Assembly (NCBI GenBank): GCA_043732185.1
Contig: JAYTHY010000074.1
Span: forward strand, 96,001 to 160,000
Source: Fibrobacteria bacterium
GTDB taxonomy: Bacteria > Fibrobacterota > Fibrobacteria > UBA11236
Length of the DNA: 64,000 bases
Direction of reading: 5' to 3'
This document shows, in pieces, positions 10,349 through 19,550 of the stretch. A program made the translations under genes and the position numbers. The notes beneath the pieces were generated by a model. That model ran no database searches. It was not told the origin of the DNA and saw nothing but the letters and a program-made list of their open reading frames with translations. Numbering within the stretch: position 1 is the stretch's first letter; the number at the start of each line of letters is the position of its first letter.

Positions 10349-11593
10349 ATGCAAAATCTTTTCGCCACACTTTTCGCCGTGCCCGTAAGTCTTTTATTAA
10401 CCGGCGCACCCGCGGCTACAGTGATTCCGCCCTCTGATACCAACTTCTTAAACGGCCTTTCCCCCTTGAACTGGGTTCGCAACTCCGCCTACGTCTGTAC
10501 TCCCGTCGGAGGGGCTTCCTTAAAGATCGGATTTACGGGAACGCGCCAAGTCACGTTGAATGTGGATACCAAGCATATTAAAACCAGCGCAGCCGGACGG
10601 TATCCGATTTTGGCCTGGTCCGTAAACGGGAGTGCGCCTCAATCGCATCAGCTCGTCCTCAATGAGACCTCCATACAACTGACTACTAATGCCACTAATC
10701 CCATCATCGATTTGTATTGTAAAGGGTTTTCTCCCTTTGAAAACCGGTGGTTGGGAGACATTCCGGAAAATTCCGTAAAAATCACCGGGTTCACGGTGGA
10801 CAGTGGCGGAGCAACGGTGGTCCTTCCCTTGCCTACTAAGGTGTGGATGAATATCGGCAATTCCATTGAGGCAGGAGATGCCGCGGCTTACGGTGCTGGA
10901 CAGGGTAGGCCGCCGGATGATTTATGGGCAGCCTCGGACGATGCGCGGAAAAGCTACGGTTACCTTTTGGCAAACCACTATGGATACAGTGAAGTTCGCT
11001 TAGCCTATGGCGGATGGAATTGGGGTGGAGGGATTGCCATTCCAGGCTTGAGTCCAGTTATAGACAATATTACCAGTACCGTGAGCCGCTTAACGACCTC
11101 ACTTTTCAATCCGATTCCCGATATCATACTGATCAACCTTGGTGAAAATGGTGTACCCATTAGCACTGATGTTACCGGCGCTTTGACCAAACTCCGCAGC
11201 CGCGTCAATGCTGCAACCAAAATCATCGTCATGGTCCCCGTATCCGGCAAGGCGCGTGCCGTCCTTACAGCGGCATTTAACACTTATAAGAGTGGAGCCA
11301 ATGACATGAATGCCTATCTCGTAGACTTGGGAAGTATCACTTTTGCAACGGCCGATGGCGTACACCCAACAGGCGTGGGCCATCTCTCAATTTACAATGC
11401 TGCCTTACCCGCCTTGAATACCCTTATACCAACAACACACATTAGGGGCGAAGCGAAAAGGGATATAAATCGAAGCGTTCAAAGCGAAATTTCTTTTGGA
11501 AAATCCTCCGCGCAATACTCTGTCACATTTTCCAAGGCTTCGGGTATTTTAAAAGTCTATTCTCTAGCTGGAAAGCAGAGACAATCGAAATAG
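10349..11593 (+). CDS. Secreted SGNH/GDSL hydrolase (carbohydrate esterase family 2-like architecture)
   Basis: N-terminal beta-rich domain, IGNSIEAG block I, INLGEN block III, DGVHP block V; VYSLAGK tail. Confidence 0.75.
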   Translation: MQNLFATLFAVPVSLLLTGAPAATVIPPSDTNFLNGLSPLNWVRNSAYVCTPVGGASLKIGFTGTRQVTLNVDTKHIKTSAAGRYPILAWSVNGSAPQSHQLVLNETSIQLTTNATNPIIDLYCKGFSPFENRWLGDIPENSVKITGFTVDSGGATVVLPLPTKVWMNIGNSIEAGDAAAYGAGQGRPPDDLWAASDDARKSYGYLLANHYGYSEVRLAYGGWNWGGGIAIPGLSPVIDNITSTVSRLTTSLFNPIPDIILINLGENGVPISTDVTGALTKLRSRVNAATKIIVMVPVSGKARAVLTAAFNTYKSGANDMNAYLVDLGSITFATADGVHPTGVGHLSIYNAALPALNTLIPTTHIRGEAKRDINRSVQSEISFGKSSAQYSVTFSKASGILKVYSLAGKQRQSK

Positions 11594-11611
11594 TAACTCG
11601 GCCAAAAAAAA

Positions 11612-13027
11612 TCAGGACAGCTGCTTTGGGAATATCAACGTAACTTCTGTTCCCGTGCTGACCTGACTGGTCATACTGATACTTCCGCCATGCGCTTCCA
11701 TAATTCTTTTGCACAAGCTCAGTCCTAGTCCATAGCCACCCGTTTCCCGTGATCTGGAAGGGTCTACTCGGTAAAACGGTTGAAATAGTTTTGGTATTTC
11801 TTCGCTAGGAATTCCTGTGCCATGATCTCGAACCCTAACTGTAACTGAATGTTCGTTCGCCAAAATGCGGATTTCTATTGGCGCGTTTTGCCCTTGTGAA
11901 AACTTACAGGCATTGTCCAGCACATTGGTCATGACTTTTCTGATTCGACTCGCATCGACATGGACCCGCAATCCTGCTGTCTCTACTTGCCTCTCGGGCA
12001 TACCCAGGCCCAGGCCCATGTCCATGCCGATGCCCATGAGCATGGCCCCGGGAGGCCGTCCACTCAGCTCTTTTATGGACTCACATACCATATCGCCTAG
12101 ATCGATTTCTTCCAATTGCAGCTTTCCATGCACGCTGTCCAACCGCGCTGCCTCCAGGATTTCGCCGATCATGGTTTCCATTTCGCGAATGTCTTCGCGT
12201 ATGCTGTCAGTATTCGTGCCCTCCGGGGTCAATTCCAACGCAACCTTGATACGCGTCAATGGTGAGCGGAGTTCATGGCTGACGTCCAACAGGAGTTGCT
12301 CCCTAGCCTTGACCAGCGCTGCCAAACGGCTGGACATAGTATTGAATGATTTGGCCAAATCTCCGAATTCATCGTGACTGCAAACCGGTACCTGATGGCC
12401 CAAATCACCTTGGCCCAATCTGTCTACGGCTGCAGAAAGGCTTTTAAGAGGAGACAACAATCGGCGGATGGCAAAAAAAGCACCAGCCAAAACTACGGAG
12501 AGAATCAGGATGACCAGTGCCAGATAGGCAACATGGTTTTCCATCAAATGGCGAAAATCCGGTACGAACAGAAACTGTCCTTGACCCTTGGAAACATTGA
12601 CGCAAAACTTTCCTCGACACCAGCCTACCTTGCCCATTTCCCCAGCTGGCAACAACTCGCGTCTATCCGTTTTGAATGCCGATTCCGAATGAACCTTATC
12701 CTGAAGTTTTTCCTTTCCAAGTTCCGGCCGTGAATCCCAAATTCCCTCCGGTCCCTCGTAGCGAATACGCAAAGAATATTTTTCCGATAAGAGTCGGGCT
12801 TTAGCCGTATCCGGTGGTGACCCGATTTCTGCGGCCAGGAATTGGGCGTAATGGCCGACATTTTTTTCCATCGCCGCATGGGCTTGCCCGGAAAACAACA
12901 ATCGATAGAATCCGCCCACGGTGAAATCAACCAAGCATCCCGTGGCCACCAAGACCAGGAAAAGCTTGGGCATCAGGGAATGACCCTTGCGTCTAGACTG
13001 CTTGCGCATCGTCCACGCTCTCCTCAT
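11612..13027 (-). CDS. Two-component sensor histidine kinase (2 TM, HAMP, HisKA, HATPase), CpxA-like
   Basis: DVSHELRSPL, NVLDNACKF, DHGTGI, FQPFYR, GYGLGL. Confidence 0.93.
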   Translation of the reverse strand: MRRAWTMRKQSRRKGHSLMPKLFLVLVATGCLVDFTVGGFYRLLFSGQAHAAMEKNVGHYAQFLAAEIGSPPDTAKARLLSEKYSLRIRYEGPEGIWDSRPELGKEKLQDKVHSESAFKTDRRELLPAGEMGKVGWCRGKFCVNVSKGQGQFLFVPDFRHLMENHVAYLALVILILSVVLAGAFFAIRRLLSPLKSLSAAVDRLGQGDLGHQVPVCSHDEFGDLAKSFNTMSSRLAALVKAREQLLLDVSHELRSPLTRIKVALELTPEGTNTDSIREDIREMETMIGEILEAARLDSVHGKLQLEEIDLGDMVCESIKELSGRPPGAMLMGIGMDMGLGLGMPERQVETAGLRVHVDASRIRKVMTNVLDNACKFSQGQNAPIEIRILANEHSVTVRVRDHGTGIPSEEIPKLFQPFYRVDPSRSRETGGYGLGLSLCKRIMEAHGGSISMTSQVSTGTEVTLIFPKQLS

Positions 13028-13709
13028 CGCCTATATACATATACCCGGACCCGCGCACGGTTTTAAGAAAAGCGGGATGGCGTGGATCATCCGAAAGTTT
13101 TTGCCGCAATCGGCTGATGAGCACATCGATGGAACGGTTGTAAGGCTCCCATTCCAATCCCTTGGTTCTATCTAATATGTGATCTCGATCCATGACCTTG
13201 CCGGGGCTACGCGCAAAAAGCGCCAGCACTTCGAACTCCATCGCGGTGAGGTCGATCGATTTACCTGCCAGGAGAGCTTCCTTACGTCGGAAATCGAGTT
13301 CCAGTCTTCCATGTTTTAGTCTGTCAGGGGGCTCGCTGCCATTTCCACGCCGCAGCACCGTTTGGATTCGGGCCACCAGTTCTCGTGGTTCAAAGGGTTT
13401 GGGTAGGTAATCGTCCGCACCCAGCTCTAATCCCAGAACCCGGTCCGCCACTTCTCCCCGTGCCGTAAGCATAATGATAGGCACAGTAAAATCCCGCCTA
13501 ATCTCCTTGCACATTTCAAAGCCATCCCGACCCGGTAACATCACGTCCAAAATCACCATATCCGGAATCTCGCGGCGCATAAAGCGAATGGCCTCATCAG
13601 GATGGGCCACAGCCACGACTTTAAAGCCGAACTTTTCCAGATAATCGGTGAGCAGTCGGCCCAGCTTGCGATCATCATCCAGTATGAGCACGGTTTTCAT
13701 AGTTGCCAT
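12993..13709 (-). CDS. OmpR/CpxR-family response regulator
   Basis: ILDDD, LDVMLPG, LTARG, GADDYLPKPF, RSIDVLISRLRQK, TVRGSGY. Start is 13709 or 13700. Confidence 0.93.
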   Translation of the reverse strand: MATMKTVLILDDDRKLGRLLTDYLEKFGFKVVAVAHPDEAIRFMRREIPDMVILDVMLPGRDGFEMCKEIRRDFTVPIIMLTARGEVADRVLGLELGADDYLPKPFEPRELVARIQTVLRRGNGSEPPDRLKHGRLELDFRRKEALLAGKSIDLTAMEFEVLALFARSPGKVMDRDHILDRTKGLEWEPYNRSIDVLISRLRQKLSDDPRHPAFLKTVRGSGYMYIGDEESVDDAQAV

Positions 13710-13773
13710 CCTTGGTCGGGAACCGCGCATGGCACGACTCCCGACATGTTCGGAAAGGTAGAGCATCGAAGCC

Positions 13774-14220
13774 TTAGCGGCAATACTCCTGAAGCTTGCC
13801 GGCCAGCTTTTCCCGCTGCGAGGCGTCCAGCATGGCATGGAACTCGGCAAATTCAACGATGAGAAAACCTCTGAGATCCTTCATCTTGGCCTCGCGTTCC
13901 TCAAAACTCTGGTTCAGCTTTCCCTGATCCACCGTTTCGGATCGCAATTGAGTCAAGAACACATCTTGCAGCCCAGCATGCACCGCACTGAACTCGCCTT
14001 TGCGGGCGAGAATATCGTTCTTGATTTTATCCAGCTTGGCTTTTTGCGCATCAGTCAAATCCAGCTCCTTGCCAATCCGCTTGGTGATATGCTCGGCCCG
14101 CTTTTCAGGTGAAGAGCGCATGCAAAAGCCACCATGCCCGTGACAACCGGATAGAAACAAAGCGCCTGCGGTTATAGCCAGCAAGGGAAAAGCGATTTTG
14201 GAAATTCTTCGTAGTAACAT
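13774..14220 (-). CDS. Spy/CpxP-family periplasmic chaperone, predicted lipoprotein
   Basis: AAGGAG RBS; lipobox LSGC; LTxxQ motifs LDLTDAQK and LDASQR. Confidence 0.8.
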   Translation of the reverse strand: MLLRRISKIAFPLLAITAGALFLSGCHGHGGFCMRSSPEKRAEHITKRIGKELDLTDAQKAKLDKIKNDILARKGEFSAVHAGLQDVFLTQLRSETVDQGKLNQSFEEREAKMKDLRGFLIVEFAEFHAMLDASQREKLAGKLQEYCR

Positions 14221-14324
14221 TAGGTCTCCTTGGTTTGTCCCGACTACCTGCCGGGGGAAACGGCACTTTGCCGTCGTTGAGTAGAGAAGATACTGGGCTA
14301 AAGTAAGCGGCTTATGTTTGTTCC

Positions 14325-14339
14325 GTAACAAAGTGTAAC
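14325..14339. promoter_or_regulatory. CpxR/OmpR-type direct repeat GTAAC-N5-GTAAC
   Basis: gtaacaaagtgtaac in the divergent spacer upstream of the Spy/CpxP-regulator-kinase operon. Resembles the GTAAA-N5-GTAAA CpxR box. Confidence 0.55.
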
Positions 14340-14368
14340 CAAAGCGTTGATTACTACCTTAAAGAACC

Positions 14369-14971
14369 ATGCTGACCTATATCCTAATCGGCCTAAACGT
14401 AGGTATTTCGCTATGGGCCTTTTCCGCCATGCGCAAACCGGGTTCTGCCAAGTCTTATCTTTTTATTCCGTATGAGGTCGCGCAAGGCCGCAATCTTTTG
14501 GGTGTGCTGCTTTCCAATTTCTCCCATGCGGATGCCTGGCATATTATTTTCAACATGCTGACTCTATTTTATTTCGGTCCCGTTGTCGAGCATTTCCTTG
14601 GTCCCAAGATGCTTGTAGTCTATGGCCTTTCGGGCATTGCTGCACTGCTGCTCATCTTCCTCCTACGCCGCAACAATCCCCAATACCGGGTGCTAGGCGC
14701 CAGTGGATCGATTACGGGAATATTGTTTGCCGCCATCGTACTCAAACCGGAAATGAGTATTTATTTCATGGTGCTGCCTATTCCCATACCCGCACCAGTA
14801 TTCGCCCTTAGCTACATCGCTTATTCGACATTTCTCCTGGATAGGCAGGTTGGCAATGTCTCCCATGAAGCCCATATCGGCGGCGCCGTAACCGGTTTCT
14901 TATCCGCCGGACTCCTTTCCTCTTACGGCTTCAGCCAAGTTGTCGAGCGCATTCATCGACTTTTGCCTTGA
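14369..14971 (+). CDS. Rhomboid family intramembrane serine protease
   Basis: FSHADAWHIIFNM, GASG, SHEAHIGG; multiple TM segments. Confidence 0.92.
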   Translation: MLTYILIGLNVGISLWAFSAMRKPGSAKSYLFIPYEVAQGRNLLGVLLSNFSHADAWHIIFNMLTLFYFGPVVEHFLGPKMLVVYGLSGIAALLLIFLLRRNNPQYRVLGASGSITGILFAAIVLKPEMSIYFMVLPIPIPAPVFALSYIAYSTFLLDRQVGNVSHEAHIGGAVTGFLSAGLLSSYGFSQVVERIHRLLP

Positions 14972-15651
14972 ACAGCCCTTCCCACCCCATTAGCCCTTGG
15001 AAAGAGACGCTCGCCGCTGGCCGCGCCAATCTCATTCCTGGTTTGGCCCTGCAATCTTTTGCTTTGGCTCTAGTCTTGGCATACTATTTTCATCCACCAA
15101 CTCATGCGCTGCTGGAGGTCCTGGCCGCGTTTAAATCCCGGCTAGGACTGCGCTACAGCTCCATTGCCACTGCCTTGGCCGGTGGGGTTATACCCTCGCT
15201 GTTCCTATGGATCAATCCCCGTACCCGTGCTGTTACCCCATTTTCCCACATGCTTTTCTTCACCCTTTTCTGGGCGTATAAAGGAATCGAAGTGGATTTG
15301 ATGTATCGGCTTCAGGCTTGGATGTTTGGCGTGGAACCCTCATTTTGGGTGATTCTTAAAAAGGTATTGGTGGATGAGTTCGTCTTTACTGCTTTTTATT
15401 TCGCTCCAGCAGCCCTTTGTATTTTCCACTGGAAAGAATCAGGGTTTCCTTTTACCGGGCTCAAGGACTTCGGCTGGGTGTCTTTTCTGAAACGAAACTT
15501 GCCTAAAGCGCTGTTAACCACATGGGTCGTATGGCTTCCCGCTGTGGCCATTATTTACAGTTTACCAGCGCCATTGCAGATGCCGCTTTTCAATATCGTG
15601 CTGTGTTTCTTTTCCCTGATTTATATCACCCTAACTCGAAAGCAAGCCTAG
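14968..15651 (+). CDS. Mpv17/PMP22-like membrane protein
   Basis: KKVLVDEF, W.VWLPA..IIYSLP..LQ; hydrophobic; start overlaps the rhomboid stop. Confidence 0.7.
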   Translation: MNSPSHPISPWKETLAAGRANLIPGLALQSFALALVLAYYFHPPTHALLEVLAAFKSRLGLRYSSIATALAGGVIPSLFLWINPRTRAVTPFSHMLFFTLFWAYKGIEVDLMYRLQAWMFGVEPSFWVILKKVLVDEFVFTAFYFAPAALCIFHWKESGFPFTGLKDFGWVSFLKRNLPKALLTTWVVWLPAVAIIYSLPAPLQMPLFNIVLCFFSLIYITLTRKQA

Positions 15652-15685
15652 CCCCGACTCAGCCTGGGTTAGGCGACGCTCAAGC

Positions 15686-16381
15686 TCAGGTCCGCTCAAA
15701 TAAAACGGAATTTCCCACTTTACCCACCGGCCGCAAAATGTCCATGCGGACCAGGCAATAAGTCATTCTGGCAATGCGAAAATACGGCTGCTTTAAAGCT
15801 GTGGCAATTTCCCGGTTTGTGGAAGGACCAGTCCAGTCCTTCGGAAGCAGTCGCAGAAAGTCCCGACCCGTCTCGAACAATTCCCGACTGGTTACTTCCA
15901 AAAGCAGGTGATCTTTGATGCTGGTTCCCTTGCGACGCCAGCTTCCTTTGCCGTCTTCGCAGCGCAGTTCTTCTTCCTTAATCAGCACCACTTCCACTGA
16001 AAAATTGGGATCCAGTATGAGCTGCGGAAAGCTGACCAACTCATCGAAAAGGTCGTAGAGACTTCCCCGCTTGGGCGATTTGCGGCGACTCAAAAAGGTG
16101 GTTCCATCCTTGGCCAGTTTGGTGATCCATTTTTCCACGGCTACGGGATGGACAATACGCACGGGCCGATCTGGAAGCAATACTTGTAGTTTGCGTTTCA
16201 AGCTGGAAAAACTGCCAGTTTGTATTTCAATGATTTGCTCACCTCTGCGGATATCCACCCAGTATCCGCCGACTTTTTCCTCTACACAATCCCCAGGTTC
16301 GGTATACAACCGTTTCAGGTTGGCATGCATAGAGCGTTCGCGTAGGGTGCCAATCAAAAAGTCGCTTCCAGGAAGGCTCAT
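15686..16381 (-). CDS. Conserved hypothetical protein, PD-(D/E)xK nuclease-like fold
   Basis: E.S.H..LK, VDI...IIEIQT pattern, basic RRKSPKRG segment, helix-turn-helix-like C-terminus. Confidence 0.55.
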   Translation of the reverse strand: MSLPGSDFLIGTLRERSMHANLKRLYTEPGDCVEEKVGGYWVDIRRGEQIIEIQTGSFSSLKRKLQVLLPDRPVRIVHPVAVEKWITKLAKDGTTFLSRRKSPKRGSLYDLFDELVSFPQLILDPNFSVEVVLIKEEELRCEDGKGSWRRKGTSIKDHLLLEVTSRELFETGRDFLRLLPKDWTGPSTNREIATALKQPYFRIARMTYCLVRMDILRPVGKVGNSVLFERT

Positions 16382-16543
16382 GAGCCGAATAATAGCATTG
16401 TAGTGGCTACCTCATCAGATGTATGGAGACGTTGGCAATTTATTTTAGTTGACCGTGTTTTCTAGCCGCCCGTATACTTGATAGTACTAGCAAAGGCCAG
16501 TATTTGCAGGCCATGGAACATACTTTTTTGGAGATCAAGACCC

Positions 16544-17164
16544 ATGTCCGAAAAGTATAATGTCAGACTGAATTACATCTCCAACTTGTTTTTAAAGTGC
16601 ACGGTAGCCCTGATTTCCGGCGCCTTACTTTCTTCACTACTCGCCTGGTTTATTTATGGCGGACTGGAATCGCCATCATATGGGGCGGCAATAACCCAGA
16701 TGGATCGAATACGAGTTGGCTTGTTCAGGGTAACGCTTTTTTGCGCAGTTGCGCAAGTATTCTTGGCCATCGCTCTGCTATGGATTATCGGCATTTACGC
16801 ATCAAATAAAATAGCCGGGCCGCTGATCCGCTTTGAGAAATGCTTGAAAAATCTTGGCGAGGGAAACCTGTTCCAGTCCATCCAATTTAGAATCGGCGAT
16901 CAGGATCAACGCTTGCCCTTGGCCTTGCAGGCGACCTGTTCGCGGCTACGCGAGAGGATTAGGCGGGGAAAGGATAGCGCCGATGCGCTTGGCGAATTGA
17001 GCGAGCAACTTGCAAAGGAAAGCGACCCAAACCTTTCCGAAGAAGAGATAAAAATAGCACGGTCTATTCTAGCCAGTCACAGCGATCAATTAAAAAAAAT
17101 AGGGGTCCTCGCAGCCTATTCCAAAGAAGATCCTGAGGGGTTGGAAGCAAAAGTCCATGCATAA
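16544..17164 (+). CDS. Two-TM membrane protein with HAMP-like domain and coiled tail
   Basis: Two hydrophobic helices, then SNKIAGPLIRF...GEGNL...FRIGDQ. No kinase or MCP output domain. Confidence 0.65.
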   Translation: MSEKYNVRLNYISNLFLKCTVALISGALLSSLLAWFIYGGLESPSYGAAITQMDRIRVGLFRVTLFCAVAQVFLAIALLWIIGIYASNKIAGPLIRFEKCLKNLGEGNLFQSIQFRIGDQDQRLPLALQATCSRLRERIRRGKDSADALGELSEQLAKESDPNLSEEEIKIARSILASHSDQLKKIGVLAAYSKEDPEGLEAKVHA

Positions 17165-18023
17165 AATCGGAGCCGTGGGGATTTTGCTTTTGTTCGCGCT
17201 GGTTACTTTTTATGCGTTTCTCTTTGCAGGCTCGGACAACGCCCCAAAATCTCCCCACCGCGGCGAGTCCCAATGCCGAAATTGTCACCTGGGAAAAGCA
17301 CCCGATGGAGCAAATGGATCACGCGTCACACTGGTTAAGGATGTGGATTTGATCTGCAAGTCCTGTCACGACACCAAGGAAGGCTTGTCCCATCCATCTG
17401 GTGTCAAGATGGATTGGCCCGCTCCGGACAGCCTGCCGCTCGATTGGGCCGGTAGACTGACCTGCACCACTTGCCACTATATGCATGATGAAGGAAAGGA
17501 AGATAAAACCGGGTACAGGATCCGGACTCAAACGATTGGCAGGGAATTTTGTGAAACGTGTCATTCGGAATTCAAGGACCTGGTAGGTGGCAAACACAGG
17601 CAATTTCTGGACAAGTCGCATCTGGAAGCGCCCGATTCGGCCAAAACGGATCATTCGGTGCTGGACCACTTGTCTCAAGAATGTCTTGGCTGTCATGTGG
17701 GACGCATCGAACAAAGTTTTTCAATGGAAACCCAGCGGAACATCACCATCTTTCAGCATGGGCAAATACAAAGCACCCATCCCATTGCGGTACCCTATCC
17801 TCCCCTATCCACCGGCGACCTGAAGTTCAACCCGGTTGGAGATCTCGATAAAAGAATCAACCTGTATAATGGCAAGATTGGTTGCGGTACGTGCCATGAG
17901 CCATTTTCAAACAAAACTTCCGGCCTCGTTATGGAAAACAAGGAAGATGAGCTCTGTTTACAATGCCATTTGATGAATCGTAAACGATCCGGCCTCCCGA
18001 AAAGGGAAGTGAGGTACCCATGA
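17157..18023 (+). CDS. Multiheme c-type cytochrome (7 CxxCH, paired-CxxCH type)
   Basis: CRNCH, CKSCH, CTTCH, CETCH, CLGCH, CGTCH, CLQCH; SHP and THP axial-His motifs; N-terminal signal/anchor. Confidence 0.9.
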   Translation: MHKIGAVGILLLFALVTFYAFLFAGSDNAPKSPHRGESQCRNCHLGKAPDGANGSRVTLVKDVDLICKSCHDTKEGLSHPSGVKMDWPAPDSLPLDWAGRLTCTTCHYMHDEGKEDKTGYRIRTQTIGREFCETCHSEFKDLVGGKHRQFLDKSHLEAPDSAKTDHSVLDHLSQECLGCHVGRIEQSFSMETQRNITIFQHGQIQSTHPIAVPYPPLSTGDLKFNPVGDLDKRINLYNGKIGCGTCHEPFSNKTSGLVMENKEDELCLQCHLMNRKRSGLPKREVRYP

Positions 18024-18622
18024 ATTCCAGCCCACAACTCCCTGGAAAATTCAAAAGAAAATATCTGGTCAATGGATCTTTTCAAATTCGATTCGTTGCA
18101 TTTCTTTGTACCCCCGTTATACTTACCGGGATTTTTTCCATCATTGTTGTATATAATAGTGCTCATGGGGCCCTGATGGAGAGCATGTTTCGCTCCCATC
18201 TTGCTTCTGGAGAAATCGGAAAAATTCTGACTATGCCGATTCTGAAAGCCAATCTGTTGGTGTTTGGTGTTTCCTGCCTCTTGGCTATGGGGGCGATTCT
18301 TTTAATCGCCTACAGATCGAATAAGTCCATCCAATCCATTGAATCCGATTTGCTCAACTTTGGGGAAAAGCCCGCCGTTTCAAAATGGCGACAAAGCTCC
18401 GTTCTCTGGAGCGGAATTGAAAGTGAATCCGTCGAAAAATTTCAAGCAAGGTTAAACGGATTTCGGCAAGCTGCCGATTTGCTCGCCTCTGTTGAAACAA
18501 ATTTCGCGTTGACTTCAGATGCATCGCAGTTTCCAAACCGCGAACGCTTGGTTAGAATACTTAAAGAAGCCGAAACCTATTGCCGACTGTCCCTCAATCA
18601 GTTCCAATGGAATAAAGCCTAG
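18020..18622 (+). CDS. Two-TM membrane protein, partly resembling the upstream HAMP-like protein
   Basis: KRKYLVNGSFQIRF N-terminus, two TM helices, ATGA overlap with the cytochrome stop. Confidence 0.6.
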   Translation: MNSSPQLPGKFKRKYLVNGSFQIRFVAFLCTPVILTGIFSIIVVYNSAHGALMESMFRSHLASGEIGKILTMPILKANLLVFGVSCLLAMGAILLIAYRSNKSIQSIESDLLNFGEKPAVSKWRQSSVLWSGIESESVEKFQARLNGFRQAADLLASVETNFALTSDASQFPNRERLVRILKEAETYCRLSLNQFQWNKA

Positions 18623-18661
18623 CGGATTGTAAAATTATTCAATACAGGAAAATGGTTTGAT

Positions 18662-19459
18662 ATGGACACTCTCGAAAACTTACTCTCCAAACTTTGGGAA
18701 GAGTATCGCGCGCTCAACCCTCAGGCCACGCGCATACAGGAACTCCTAAAAGCACGTGGAGAGTCGATACAAAACGATCATATTGCATTTCGAACGGTAG
18801 ACGATCCAAGAGTGGATATAAGCGTCATGAGCGCGCCGTTTACTGCACTAGGATATCGAGAAGCAGGTCGGTATACCTTTCCCGAAAAAAAGCTTGATGC
18901 CGTACATTACGAACATGCCGATCCGGCTCAGCCCAAAATATTCATCAGTCAGCTACGCATGCGGGAGCTCAGCCAGGGAGCTCAGTCCATGCTGCTCGGC
19001 CTTATCAATCAAATCCCCGGAGCCTTTCTCGCTAATCCGTTCTGGTGTGTCGGCGGGCGGTCATGGAGTCTGGATTTTACCACCTATACCGCCTTGGAAA
19101 GGGAAAGTGACTATGCTGCCTGGCTTTCCGCTTTCGGATTCCGTCCCAACCATTTTACGGTCTTGGCCAATGCCCTGCGCACTTTTCCAAACCTTCTGGC
19201 TCTAAACAGTTTCTTAAAATCCGAAGGTTTTGTTTTGAATGCCAGTGGCGGAGAGATTAAAGGCAGCCCAGAACTCTTCTTAGAACAGTCCTCAACCTTG
19301 GCAAATCAGGTATCCACGGCGTTTAGCGATGGCTTCCATGCCATACCCGGTTGTTATTATGAGTTTGCCAGACGGTATCCTCTGCCAAGCGGCCAACTTT
19401 TCCAAGGTTTTATTACTGCGTCGGCAAATCGGATATTCGAAAGCACGGATCGAAAGTAA
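18662..19459 (+). CDS. DUF1338 family protein (2-oxoadipate dioxygenase/decarboxylase HglS-like)
   Basis: NDHIAFRT, PKIFISQL, ESDYAAW, NHFT, LEQSST, YYEFARRY, F.GF...SA.RIFEST. Confidence 0.85.
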   Translation: MDTLENLLSKLWEEYRALNPQATRIQELLKARGESIQNDHIAFRTVDDPRVDISVMSAPFTALGYREAGRYTFPEKKLDAVHYEHADPAQPKIFISQLRMRELSQGAQSMLLGLINQIPGAFLANPFWCVGGRSWSLDFTTYTALERESDYAAWLSAFGFRPNHFTVLANALRTFPNLLALNSFLKSEGFVLNASGGEIKGSPELFLEQSSTLANQVSTAFSDGFHAIPGCYYEFARRYPLPSGQLFQGFITASANRIFESTDRK

Positions 19460-19497
19460 ACGCAGTAAATTGCCACAACCTTAAAATCCCAGAAAAC

Positions 19498-19527
19498 AAA
19501 AAGCCATGCTATTACAGCATGGCTTTT
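19498..19527. terminator. Probable bidirectional intrinsic terminator
   Basis: aagccatgct-attac-agcatggctt perfect stem with A and T tracts on each side, between convergent genes. Confidence 0.8.
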
Positions 19528-19550
19528 CCATTTTCGAAATCAATCGAAAA

